Virus record (IMG/VR): IMGVR_UViG_3300032323_001121
Coordinates: 1-61,406 of that record
Length of the DNA stretch: 61,406 bases
Strand: one strand, 5' to 3'
From: a virus
Taxonomy: Duplodnaviria; Caudoviricetes
In this document: piece after piece, positions 46,954 to 59,674 of the stretch
Layout: every line of letters starts with the position of its first letter
How positions within the stretch are numbered: the first letter of the stretch is position 1
Program-made: the position numbers and the translations under genes
Notes under the pieces: generated by a model
What the model saw: the letters and a program-made list of their open reading frames with translations, nothing else
What the model was told of the DNA's origin: nothing
Database searches by the model: none

Positions 46954-49900
46954 TTACAGAGTAATCAAACAAAGCAAATGAGTACAAGGTCACGCATCGG
47001 TATTGAACTCTCTGATGGTTCTGTATTATCTTCTTATCACCATTGGGATGGATACCCATCTTGGTTGGGTCGTATTCTTACTACTCACTACAACTCCAAA
47101 TCTCTTGCCGAAGAACTGATTGATGGTGGTGATATGAGTTCTTGCTGGACTGATACTCCATTTGATTGTGATGGTAAAGCATCCAAGTATGGTCCAAATT
47201 ATTATTCCCTCCGTGGTGAAAATTCTCCTCCTCGTCTTGATGCTAATCTCAATGAGTATCTTGAAAATGGTGAAGAGTATGCTTATCTCTTTGTAAATGG
47301 AGAATGGGTATGCTATGATTGTTATAAGTATGAAGACGGAAAAACGTTTGAAGTCGTTGAAATTCCTAATGGAGCACTTGCTGTATGATGACTAAAATCA
47401 AACGTAAAATGGTAAATGTGGAACCTATTTCTGCGAAAGCAAAAAATAGGTTTGTAAATATTTTGGATTCACTACACGGATGCCATGTAGAACAAGAAAA
47501 AGATGATATGCTGTTTCTTGCTTCTCTCAACAAGAAATACTTTATGTGGTTGCCTAAAACTGGAAATGAACATTGGAGGATTTTGACTAAATGATGGTAG
47601 AACTAAACAAACCGGAGATTGATGCTATTCTTTCTTCACTTCAATTGCTTTCTAAACAAAACCAAGTGATTGTGGAAGATTGCCTTTCAATTTCTATCAA
47701 TCAATTGTATAATAAACTTACAAGCATTCAAGAACAACTTTATTATTCTCGGTAATTTCAAATGACCTGCGAAGCAAAAATCACTCTCAAATTTGATTCC
47801 ACTTGGGAACAAACTGGAGGCATCTATGATGAGACTCTTCCAGAAGAGCACATTACTTTTGAGTGCCCTGCTCAAGACCTGAATACCATTCAACTCTTTC
47901 AGTTCTTTGCGAGGTTTGCTGGCACGATGGGTCATAATGAAATAGGTATTGCTAAAGGTGCTTGCTATGTCGCATTCAACGAAATGCGTAGTCAAGAAGA
48001 TATGCGTAAGACTGCCGAGGAGTATGACCTGAAACTGGTTGAGGATTATCGTGATGAAGTGTGTAAGTTGGAGGCAGAAGTTCGTGACCTGAAGGCAAAA
48101 CTTTCTCGTCTTGAGCAACCTGATAATCCCAATTATACTGATGAGGAAATGGAGGCAATGAGTATGGAGGCAATGAGTAATGAAACCTAAATTTCGTGTA
48201 ATATTGGACCAGGCACTTGAAGAAGGTGTCCTTCGTGGTTATCGTCGTGCTTTTAAGCATATAGAGGACCCAACTGAAGAATCTATTTGTCAGCACATTG
48301 AGGAGCAGGTAATCTCTTCTTTGTATGAATACTTTGACTTTGAGGATGAAGAATGACTGAAAGAGCACAAGAGTTTATGAACGCAATCTGGGATTGTAGA
48401 AACAATCAAGGTGCCGATACTGAAGAGAAACTGGTTTCCGCAATTCTACAAGTTGCCGCAGAAACTGTAAGGTCTTATAATGCTCAAGACAATTTGATTG
48501 TTCTTGATAAAAATGATATGCTACAACTCGCACAGGAAATAGTAGAATGAAACTAATTGATTATTACAAGAAAGAAGATTACGGGGTGGAGCATATATTT
48601 ACTCTACTCAAAGCTAAAAGAAGGTCTTTTATTCAAGTAAGTTTTGATTGGAGTGACTATCCTACTGGTCCTTATCTTCAAATCTCATTTGGAAACAATC
48701 GTTTGATTGATATTCTCTTCTGGTGTTGGAAGGCAGGATTTTGCGTTGAATTGTTTGGTTTCACTTGGGACAGTTGGGACAGAAAAGAAAATGTATAGCA
48801 CACTAATTAGAGGAACAAACACAAAAAAAATAAAATTATCTTGGTTTGATTATTACTTTTCACACTGCTGGATGACTGGATGGCAGAGTATTGGTGGAGC
48901 ATTTCGTATCTGGGCAGACCTGATGGGTAGTAACTATAAAGATTATGCTTTACCCAGAACAGTAGAAGACCCAGAAGAAGAATGTATTTCTTGGTTCTGG
49001 GGAACTCTTGGAGAAGATGAGGTTTATCCCAAAGAGTTCCTTGAGTATCTATTACAAATGTGTGCTGATATTGATAGTGGTAAAGTGGAGACAGTTCCAC
49101 TCACCGAAGATTTCTTTGATAGACTAAAAGACCTTGTTGAAGATGTTTACCTAGAAGATGAAGACCTTACCTAATGCTGTATAATGACCTTATGAACATC
49201 AACCCCACTGACTGATTATGAGTTTCACTAAAACTATTTCTGCTGTTGCCGCACTCGCAAGTATCTTTGGTGTGAGTATTGCTGGTTATAAACTTGCTGA
49301 AGGTTCTACAAATACTCCTTCACCAATACTTGAGGAGAAGATTATTCAACTTGAGAAACAACTGGAAGAAGTGACATCACAAAAGCCAGTTGTAGAAGTG
49401 GCACAACCACTACAACTTCCAGCACCAGAACCTGTTATACTACCTCCAGTAACACCAACACCCAAAGAAGTTTACTGTTCACAACTCCCACAACCACACC
49501 CTGATTGTAACGTAGAATGAGATTTCGTAACATTGAGTTCCGTTGGAGCACCTATAACAAAAAGCACGAACTCGTCAAGTGGTATAAGGCAGAGGAGAGG
49601 AATTATTGTTATGCGATTGCTTTATTTGATAAAACCAATTCGGGTTATGATATGCGGACTGTGGGTGATAGGTTCTTTGAGGATAAAGACGCATTCGTAG
49701 TAGGAAAATACGCAATTGAGTTTCTAAATGAAATCTTTGAGATTGAAAAGAATGAGGAGGAACTGAAATGAAAGTTTATTCACTCTATCACAACGAAACT
49801 TATGTTGCTTCCTTTCCAAATAAGGAAGATGCTATTTTCTATGGTAAGCAGTTCTATGAGGATGGATGGTCTTGTAATATTATTGAAGAGTATTTGAGTA

Positions 49901-50844
49901 AATCTCCATTCACTTATAATATTGGTTCTCCTTATACTCCTCTCACTCCTCCTAATACTATTCCTTGTGTTTCTCCCGTAATCTCAAAACCACCTGTGAA
50001 ATATCCTGATACTTATCCTCATATCTATTGTAATGGAACCAAATGACTAATCAAGAAATCTCAAAATTGATTACCCCAGAATTTATTTCAACACTTAAAA
50101 CTGTTCTTAATCATCTTTACGAATGTCCCAACAAACTAGGTTTGGATTTTGATGAAATTGATTTTCTTCCTAGTGTTATTGAGGATATGAGAACTGGTGA
50201 GTATTATGATGAGGATGAAGAATGACTACTACAAAAGATACTTACGAATATTGTGAAAATCTCATTCAAAAAGAAATTGATGAGGTATTTGTGACTGTTA
50301 GTAGTTGGAGTAGAGAATGTGCCGACCATAATGAAGAGTTTATTTCTTTCAAACAAAGAAAAAGTGAAGAACTCAAAAACCTCTACGAACATTTGGATAA
50401 CATTCAAAAACTGAAAACCTCTTATCTTACTGGACGATAATGACTAAAACTAAACTCACAGCATTAGACCTTTATATTCTCACAGACACTATGCTCCACT
50501 CTTTACAATTTGGTAACAGTTGGAGTGGTCGTGCTACACAAGAAGCAAGAGACGGTATGCTCAAAAAACTTCAAAAGATTATGAGTGAAATGGAAGTAGA
50601 ACTATCTGTGGAGAAACCAAATGACTGAAAGAGCACAAAGAATTTATCGTGCTTGGGAAGATAAGTGGGTGGAAAGTAATAAGTTTCCAAATCACGAAGA
50701 ACTTTCTCTTGCTGCTGCTATTCGTGAGATTGTGAATGAGTTTCAGTATTACCAGTGTTGTGAAGAGGAAGGTGTAGAAGATATGGTAGTTGATGCTCGG
50801 GTGCTTTATGACCTTGCTGATGAATTGGAGAAACTGGAATGACT

Positions 50845-51089
50845 GACCTTTCCAGAAAGACTGAACCAAAATTGGAAAGTATTAAAGAAATCGCAGATTA
50901 TTTGAATCTAAAATACAAAACAAGTCTTCTTTGGGCAAACTTCACAAGAGAAAAAAGAAATGATGAATGGTATAAGAAAAATACTCCAACTACATCACCC
51001 TTTGTAAATCAAAATGACGGACTAATAATTGACCTTTCCAGAAAGACTGAACCAAAATTGGAAAGTATTAAAGAAATCGCAGATTATTT
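50845..51089 (+). repeat. 59-bp direct repeat inside ORF 50839..51102 (50845-50903; 51031-51089)
   Basis: gacctttccagaaagactgaaccaaaattggaaagtattaaagaaatcgcagattattt x2. Confidence 0.9.
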
Positions 51090-53044
51090 AGAGGCATTAT
51101 GACTGAAAATACTTCATTTGAGGAAGTTGCTGAATGGATTAGGAAGACCTATTATAAAACTGTAAGTTATAGTGATGTAGGTAGATGGCACCAAATTTAT
51201 GGGGAAATGAATACAATTACCGATATTATTAGAATTCTAAAACAAAAACAGAAAGAGGAACTGAAATGAAAGTTAAGGAACTGATTGAGCAACTTAAGAA
51301 GTTCCCCGAAGACCTAGAAGTTGTGGGTCAGTGGAGGGATGTTGACTACGGTTTGGATATAACTCAAGAGATTAGTGTTTATGTGGCAACTGTAAAAAAC
51401 ACAAACGGAATTTATGGTCTGGGTCCAATTTTCCAATACGATAAAGAACTTCCTTCAACTGATGTGGAAGTTTTGATTATTGATGTTTGAGGACACTTGA
51501 GAAACCGTCACAAGGGCACTCCAAAGTCCCTGAAAATGCCTTATAATACATTCATAGACACAGACACCTGATGAAACTCTTTCAATACGATAAAAAAGTT
51601 TGGGATGATAGTGAAGTAAATCACACTTGGCAGTTTGGTATTGTCAAGAATACTTCACTGCTTTGGGTGAATTATGAGAACCCCAGTAGTTTAGTTCATA
51701 GTAATGGTGGATTTCACATCCTGCTCTCATTTCTTACTTCTTCTTCTTTTCTTGGAGTAGATTTTCAAGTTGGTAAGGTTGGTTTGAGTTTTAACTTTTT
51801 TACTGAATATTTTGATGGGTGGGAAGAATGACTTTACTTGAAACACTTGAATACTTTCTCATAGAAACCGCAGCAGATATGGATGGTTTGTCTTGGGAAA
51901 TCCGTGAAGAAACTAACTTTGAGGACAACAACATAGAGCATTTGACTGAATGTTATGATTTTGAAAAACAACTTTATGATAATCTCAAACAAATCAAATC
52001 TATTATTGAGGAACTAAAATGAAACTCACAGCACTTGACCTTTATATTATCACAGACACTCTACTTCATTCTTTAAGTCAGGGTGAGTATTGGACTGGTT
52101 CTGCTAAAAAAGAAGCACGGGATGGTGTCCTCAAAAAACTTCAAATCATTATGAATGATATGAGTGTAGAGATTATCACAGACAAAGCAGAATTCACAAT
52201 TGATGCCGACGCAGGTATTTAAAATGACTAACCAACAAATAGCAGAAGAAATCTTACGGGTTCTGTCTAATACCGAATATCATAATACTGCGTGGGCACT
52301 CAAAGAAGTTCTTGAAAAACTACGGGAACTTATTTCTGGGACAAATGAAAATGTGGATTGGCAAGATGAACTAAATGTAATGTATGTGAATGGTTGGGAC
52401 GATGCTCTCAAACAGATTGATGCTGTATGTGATGAACTGGAGGCACTCTAATGTTTGGTATTGAAAAGGACATCCAAGATATAATGAAAGTAGTTTATGG
52501 ACCTCTTAACAAAGATAAAATGACTAACGAAGTAGACATCTCAACCGTCCTCATAGAAGGAGATATAGCAACCATTATGGGGGTTAAATATCAACGTATC
52601 ATAGAACCTCAAAGTTTTTATGATAAACTCTATGGATTGCTAAAACCTAATCTTGATGAACGTGTTGATTTCCACGATATGACTATTAGAGTGCTGGATT
52701 TGATTAGGGAGAATATTCCTGAATATAAAAAAGGTGTTGGACTACCAGAGTATTCTGTTGGTTATAATGATTGTATTCGTGAAGTAAATGAAAACTTATT
52801 CAAATGACTAAAAAACAATACCCGATAGAAGATTGGGAGTTTGTTGATGAGATTGAAACATTCTTCAACGAATGGTTTTATTCCAATCATACTGACTATT
52901 CTTTCAAAAACGAATACTTTTATGGAGATTGTGCCGTTGAAGACCCAAAGACCCGTGAAGACCTGATGAGAAAATGGATATATGCGAGTTTTTATTCTGG
53001 TTATAATATAGGAAAATTGAGTGAAACTAAAATAGAAGAAACAA

Positions 53045-53101
53045 GGACACCTGATGAACTGGCACAAGGACTTCCCACAGGGGCCCCAGATGCCTTATAA
53101 T
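53045..53101 (+). promoter_or_regulatory. Representative copy of a repeated promoter cassette, GGACACTTGA..GAACTGGCACA-N~30-TATAAT (about 18 copies)
   Basis: Similar copies near 36754, 37695, 40138, 40426, 45370, 46909, 51491, 54594, 56350, 57185, 57678, 59596, 60212, 60640, 61139. Confidence 0.8.
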
Positions 53102-53802
53102 AGTCTCATAAGCAACCAAACCGATGATTGACCTTTCTCAACTGACAGAAGACCAAATCGACGAACTTGAACTTCAAATCCAAAAGCATAAGGAACAACA
53201 GAATGTGAAGAATGCTTTGGAAAATCTAAAAGGTTATAGAGTAACTTTTTATGTGAGGTTTGACCCTGAAAAGCATAAGGATAATGATATGCTTACAGAT
53301 GACGGAGAACTTGACCCTAACATTTTTGCTGATTATCTGTGTGATAATGTTGCCTCAAAACTGATTATGGATTTTGACTTTGGTGATTATGAAGATGTGA
53401 GTTATCCTATTGTGTTCTTAGCAACAAAACAAGAAATTGAAGAGGAATTTTGAGGAACTGAAATGAATGACTACCACCTGATAATGAGGATGAAGAATGA
53501 GAATTGAAATCACTTATACCCCACATCCAACCAAAGGATACACGGCAACAATCTGGGATGGACCAGATGGAATAGATGAAGATAGTTTTGTTTGCTGTTC
53601 TCTTGGAGAATGTTTTGAACAGATTGTAATGTGGAGAACCCTCAACGCACAACATTATTATGGAGAAACTGAAGTAGAAAACGATAATAAATAAGAATGT
53701 CTGTTGGAACGGCAATTCTCTACAGATAAAGATTGGGTGCTTTCGGGCACCTTTTCTATTATAAACTTATATAAATAGTAATGCCGTTTCAACAAGATAG
53801 AA

Positions 53803-54594
53803 ATGAACTATCTAAAGCATTATTGTAATCTTATCAGGAAAGCAGAGAACAGAATTTCTCCTGAAGGATATACAGAAAAGCATCATACATTTCCAGTAAG
53901 TATATTTGGAAAAAATAAAAGAATTGTAGTGCTTACAGCAAGAGAGCATTATGTTGCTCACGCATTATTGGAGAAAGCATTTATAAAGAGATATGGATTA
54001 CATCATTATAGAACTCAAAAAATGAACTTCGCACATAGTGCTATGAAATGTAAAAATCAATACACTAATTCATATCTGTATGAAAATGCGAGAAAGAGAA
54101 GAACTGAAATAATGAAAGAGCAAAAAATGAATTGCGGAGAAAAAAATCCTATGTATGGAAGAAAACATTCTCCAGAAACTATTGAAAAAATGATAAAGGT
54201 CAAAAAAGAAACTGATATAGATATTATTTTTAGTAGAACAAGTAATGCTGGGAAAAAAGCATATGAAATGAAAGTAGGAGTTCATAACCGGACAAAGGAG
54301 CAAATAAAAAAAGATAGTAGTAAAGGAGGTCAAAAAAATATTGAAACTGGACAAATTATAGAATTGGGAAAAGAGATGGGACAAAAACATTATGAAAATG
54401 GAACTGGTATTTTTTCACTAACAGAGGAACAAAAATTTGAAAGGTCAAGTAAAGGAGGAAAAATATCAGGCAAAATTGTTTCTTCTCAAAGGTGGATATG
54501 TCTTGAAACCGGACATATTTCTACACCGGGAGGACTTGCTAGATTTCAAAACGCAAGAGGTATAGACACTTCTAAACGAAAAAGAATAGCATAG
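53803..54594 (+). CDS. HNH (MobE-like) homing endonuclease
   Basis: YTEKHHTFP.SIFG......LTAREHYVAHALL; NPMYGRKHS. Confidence 0.8.
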   Translation: MNYLKHYCNLIRKAENRISPEGYTEKHHTFPVSIFGKNKRIVVLTAREHYVAHALLEKAFIKRYGLHHYRTQKMNFAHSAMKCKNQYTNSYLYENARKRRTEIMKEQKMNCGEKNPMYGRKHSPETIEKMIKVKKETDIDIIFSRTSNAGKKAYEMKVGVHNRTKEQIKKDSSKGGQKNIETGQIIELGKEMGQKHYENGTGIFSLTEEQKFERSSKGGKISGKIVSSQRWICLETGHISTPGGLARFQNARGIDTSKRKRIA

Positions 54595-54661
54595 GACACT
54601 TCCCAAACAGGCACAAGGGCACTTTACAAATGCCCCCTTTTGATGTAGGATACTCTTATAG

Positions 54662-55427
54662 ATGAAAACTCAAATGCCTTTCAACAACGAAATTGAAAAA
54701 ACTAAACAAGAGATTGAAGTTTTGACCGCAAAATTAGAACTTCTCAAAGAAATTGAGAAGCACAAATCACCAGTAGAAGAGGCATATAAAAGAGTTTATG
54801 GATTTTATCCTGAAACTTATGAAGATGAAGATAATTGGAGTTCTTTTCAAGATGGTTATAATGCCGCACAGAAAGATTATAAGGTAGGAGAGTATCAACC
54901 AACTCCACAAGAACCAGCAAAAGATAAAGTGCCTCTTTACACACGATTTACAGGTGAGAGTGCTTATGGTCAAATATATTTTGATGATGCCCTTAGAGTT
55001 GTAAGGAGTTTCCTTTTGGACGAGGCAGTTATAGAAAACGAAGACCACGAATACATTACATTCACTCTACAAAAATCTCTACTGGAAGTTACTAATGACT
55101 GAAACTATTCAACAACTCAAAGAAGATATTGCTATTCTTCAAGAGAAACTACAAAAACTTGAAGAACTTCAACGAACAAAATCACCAGTAGAAGAGGCAT
55201 ATAAAAGAGTTTATGGATTTTATCCTGATACTGGTATTTGTAATGGGATGTCTTATGTCTGGTGGGATGTTTTCTGTAATGGTTATAATGCCTCAAAGGA
55301 AGATTATAAGGTAGAAGAACCCAAAAAAGAACAAAAATGGGGGGATATTGTTCGTGAGAGTGTAAAATGGTGTAAGGAGCATCCTGATGAGAGTGTGGAA
55401 GATTATCTAAGTGGTCCGTATAAATAA
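54662..55427 (+). other. Two paralogous ORFs sharing KSPVEEAYKRVYGFYP (54662-55102; 55095-55427)
   Basis: Identical DNA segment caaatcaccagtagaagaggcatataaaagagtttatggattttatcctga. Confidence 0.7.
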
Positions 55428-55527
55428 TAGTGCTCTAATGAGTTCGCATCCATAAGAGTGGAAAAGGTGTCTTCGGGCACCTTTTCTTGTATAAATAGTA
55501 TTGCGAACTCAATTTAGAAGCAGAACT

Positions 55528-56349
55528 ATGACTTCACAAAGTCCAAGAATATACTTATATAAAATTACCTTTGAAGAAGTTCCATATTACTATTATGGAA
55601 TTCATAAGGAAAAGGTATTTGGTGAAGAGTATTGGGGTTCTCCAAAAACAAACAAGTGGTGCTGGGAACTTTATACTCCAAAGAAACAAATACTTCAACT
55701 CTTTGACTTTACAGATGAAGGTTGGTTAGAAGCAAAAAAAGTTGAGACAAAAGTAATAAAACCATTTCTCAATATGGATAAATGGTGTCTAAATGAAAAT
55801 TGTGGTGGAATTGTTTCGTTAGAAGTTTTGAGACAAAGTGGTAATAAATGTTATGAACTTGGATTGGGAGTTCATTCACTAACCAAAGAGCAAAGAAGTG
55901 AAAATGGTAAAAGAACTGGTAAAATTTATGGAAAAATTGGAGGTAGAAGAGCATATGAACTTGGAGTTGGTGCTCACGGAAGAACAAGAAAAAAAATGAG
56001 TGAAGATGGTAAAATAGGTGGTAAAATTACATATGAAAATAAAATAGGAATACACGTAAGAACCAAAGAAGAAATGATTGAAAATGGAAGGAAATGTGGA
56101 TATAGGACTTATGAACTTGGTATTGGTATTCACGGACAAAGTAAAGAGCAAATGACTGAAAATGGTAGAAAAGGTGGTAAGATTGGAGGCAAATTAGGTT
56201 CTAAAGAAGATAAAAGTAAGGCAGCAAAAAAAGCAAACTCACAACGATGGATATGCCTTGAAACTGGATATGTCTCAAATGCTGGTGGTCTTTCAAATTA
56301 TCAAAGAGTAAGAGGTATAGACACTTCTAAAAGAAAACGAATGGAGTAA
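55528..56349 (+). CDS. GIY-YIG-like homing endonuclease with Gly/Lys repeats
   Basis: N-terminus paralogous to 42219, C-terminus paralogous to 53803. Confidence 0.72.
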   Translation: MTSQSPRIYLYKITFEEVPYYYYGIHKEKVFGEEYWGSPKTNKWCWELYTPKKQILQLFDFTDEGWLEAKKVETKVIKPFLNMDKWCLNENCGGIVSLEVLRQSGNKCYELGLGVHSLTKEQRSENGKRTGKIYGKIGGRRAYELGVGAHGRTRKKMSEDGKIGGKITYENKIGIHVRTKEEMIENGRKCGYRTYELGIGIHGQSKEQMTENGRKGGKIGGKLGSKEDKSKAAKKANSQRWICLETGYVSNAGGLSNYQRVRGIDTSKRKRME

Positions 56350-56417
56350 GGACACTTGAAGAACCGGCACAAGGGCACTTGAAAACAGGTGTCCTTTGTG
56401 GTATGATACTCTTATAG

Positions 56418-58721
56418 ATGAAATCCAAGATGACTGAAACTATTCAAACTCTCAAAGAGGATATTGCTATTCTTCAAGAGAAACTACGGAAACTTGAAGA
56501 ACAAGACCCTGAAATGCTACTATTGCGTCAAGGAAAGGTTGATGTTGTTGATTATGATGGAAAGAAGTATTTTAGGATTGAATATACGGATAGTTTTGCT
56601 GGTGTGTATAGTTGGTATGTGCGGAAAGTTGGAGAAGATGCTATCCGTCCAGTTAGGGATGTAAATGTTTATGCTCCTCTTGAAGAACTTTACCAGAAAG
56701 AAGTAGTGAAACAAAAAGACGATTATCCTTATAAAAAATACACACCAGAAGAAACCGCAGAGGGTCTTCGTAATGCTATGAGGAAAGCAAAGAAAGATGG
56801 AGTGTTTGATGAACCCACAAAACCTATGAATGAGGTTCTGGATAGGTTGGAGAATAAGTATAAGGATGCGGAAGAGAATGCTGCTTCTTATATGACTGAT
56901 GAAGTTGTGAATAGAATGTTGAAGAGATGGGAGACCGACCCACCTTCATTTCTTCGTTTTGAATTATCTAAAACTCTTGAAGCACTCATTACTCGTTGGT
57001 GGGATGATGTATTATATGGTGGTATTCATCAAGATTGGGCGATTGATGACTTGATAGACCAGATACAACTTTGGTTGCCTCGTGAGCAATCACACGAAGG
57101 AACTCAAAGTGCTTCTGTAATTGACCTTGTAGATGGATATAATGACGCACTCACCAAAATCAAATCAAAGTTGAGGAATAAGAAGGACACTTGATGAACT
57201 GGCACAAGGACACTCCACAGATGCCCTTTGAGGTGCTATAATACACTCATACGAAACAAACCGATGAAAAACCATCAGTTCAAACCACAAATCTGTTTAT
57301 GGAAACGAAAAGAACTAACCCTCAAATGTTGGATTTTTCGTTTTCTCACTCCTGTTGCCGGACTACTTGATGCTCTCATCACAATTTGTTCTTTCACTAT
57401 TCTAGTAAGCAACTTTGAGATGGAGGTGGTTACACTTCACACATACGAATACTTCAAAGCACTTAAAAAACAACAAACACAAAGGAACTCCAATGACGCT
57501 TTCTAACGAAGATTTGATTTTTACCTTTATGAGTGTATATCCTGTCTCTGGAAAGTATGCTTGGATGGGTGAGAGATTGGGAATGGCAGCAGTGCTGAAA
57601 CTTATTGCAAGTGAATTGATTGAAGAAGTCTCCCCCGTAGAGGCACTTCTGGAAATTGCCGATAAACTTGAATCTCTGGACACTTGAAGAACCGGCACAG
57701 ACACCCCACCACAGGGGCATCTGATGCCTTATAATAGTCTCATACACACAAAGACATTATGACTGAACGCAACCTAAAACGGCAATTGTCTTATTACACC
57801 TATACCGATATGGAGGATGGTGCTGATATTGGAAGTATTGACTATTGTGCTTTGATTGAAATTATTGACGATTTGTATGATAAAATTGAGACACTTGAAA
57901 GAGACAACCAGTTGTTAAAGTCTTATGCGTGGGAAGTATGACTAACGAAATTAAAACTTGCCGTAGTTGTAAGCACTACAAAGATTATGATGGTATCTTT
58001 GATTGGATAAGTTCTCGTATCTTTGGATTTCCTACTCTACAAAGGTGTTATCATCCAGACCGATGGAAGAGTGTTGATTATGTGGATGGAACTACCGACC
58101 CTTATGGTTTTTGTTCTGTTGAAAGACGCACTGGTTCTTGTAGAAAGGAAGGAAAAAACTGGGAGGAAAGGAAATGACTAACGAACAACAAGAACTTCTA
58201 AACTCTTTCCAAGAAGAAGTTGAGAAGTGCTTCGTAATCGCACAAAAACTTGATGCTCTCAATCCTGAACTTGCCCGTGCTTTTACTGGAACTCCAAGTT
58301 TGAGAATTACACGACAACTTTATGCTCTTGGTATTCTAAATGACTGATGCCCAAATATGCGAAATGGTTAATATGCACCGATACCTTATGATGTGTGAGA
58401 TTAAACACGCATTTCATAAATTTTGTGCTGAAAATGGGAACCAAGATTACAGTGCTGCCAATCGTTCAGAAACATTTAATGATAAAGAATGGATTAAATT
58501 TGCCCAATGGTTCAAGGTGATACGAGATGACTGAAGAATACACAGACGAACAAATCCAAGAGTGGAACAAAGAGGGCTTTGGAAATCTTCCAGATGGTTT
58601 CTTTCTATCTCAAAGTGAAATTGACGAGTTGAGAAAGTCCAAAAGAGAACTCACGGATTATGCTAAACAAAAATTGAAAGAACTTATAGAAAAACAGGAT
58701 AGAGAAAATACTGATAAATAA
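56418..58721 (+). other. Small hypothetical ORF cluster (56418, 57263, 57759, 57938, 58527 and others)
   Basis: Co-oriented ORFs downstream of promoter cassettes. Confidence 0.6.
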
Positions 58722-58829
58722 AAATGTCTATGTGAACCGCAATTCTCTACAGACAAAGATTAGGTGCTTTCGGGCACCTTTTCTATTGTAAACTCTTATA
58801 AATAGTATTGCGGTTAACATAGAATAGAA

Positions 58830-59594
58830 ATGGTAAATCCTAACAGGTTTTATACTTACGCATATTTGCGGGAAGATAAGACACCTTATTACATAGGTAA
58901 AGGTAAAAAATTTAGAGCATATAGTATATGGAGAAAAGGACTAAAACCACCTAAAGATAAATCCAGAATAATCTTCCTTAAACAAAATCTAACTGAAGAA
59001 GAAGCATTCAAGCACGAAATTTATATGATTTCTATATTTGGTAGAAAAGATTTAGGAACTGGTATTCTCCATAATAGAACTATTGGTGGTGAAGGTGCTT
59101 GTGGATATAATCATACTGAAGAAACAAAAATTTTAATAAGCAATTTACATAAAGGAAAAAAATTAACAGAAGGGCACAAGAAAAAGGTTGGAGATTCTTT
59201 ACGAGGAAAGAAGAAAAAACCTTTATCTGATGAAACTAAGAAAAAATTAAGTGAGGCAAATAAAGGTAAAAATAACCCAAATTATGGTAAATCATTTTCT
59301 GAAGAACACCGAAGAAAAATGAGTGAAGCACATAAAGGTAAAACTCGTTCAGAAGAACATAGAAGAAAAAATAGTGAAGCAAAAAAAGGAGAAAATCATC
59401 CTTTTTATGGTAAAAAAGGAAAAAATCATCCTGCCTATGGTAGGTCACATTCAAAAGAAGCAAAAACAAAATTAAGTATAATAAATAAAGGACTAAAATG
59501 GTGGAATGATGGTAATGGAAACAATAAAAGGTCAATAGAATGTCCTGGAGAAGGTTGGGTTCCTGGAATGACGAAAAGAGTAAGAGTATCATAA
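58830..59594 (+). CDS. GIY-YIG-like homing endonuclease with NUMOD3 repeats
   Basis: N-terminus nearly identical to 29666; SEEHRRK repeats. Confidence 0.8.
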   Translation: MVNPNRFYTYAYLREDKTPYYIGKGKKFRAYSIWRKGLKPPKDKSRIIFLKQNLTEEEAFKHEIYMISIFGRKDLGTGILHNRTIGGEGACGYNHTEETKILISNLHKGKKLTEGHKKKVGDSLRGKKKKPLSDETKKKLSEANKGKNNPNYGKSFSEEHRRKMSEAHKGKTRSEEHRRKNSEAKKGENHPFYGKKGKNHPAYGRSHSKEAKTKLSIINKGLKWWNDGNGNNKRSIECPGEGWVPGMTKRVRVS

Positions 59595-59674
59595 AGGACA
59601 CTTGACGAACTGGAACAAGGTGCCTTTACGGGGCACCTTTTTTGCTGTATAATAAGGGAAATCAAAAGAAACTT

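Larger units (their letters stand above)
46978..53694 (+). other. Hyperplastic region of about 25 small co-oriented hypothetical (early-type) ORFs
   Basis: Dense 60-150 aa ORFs with ATGA overlaps, internal paralogues and repeated promoter cassettes. Confidence 0.7.
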
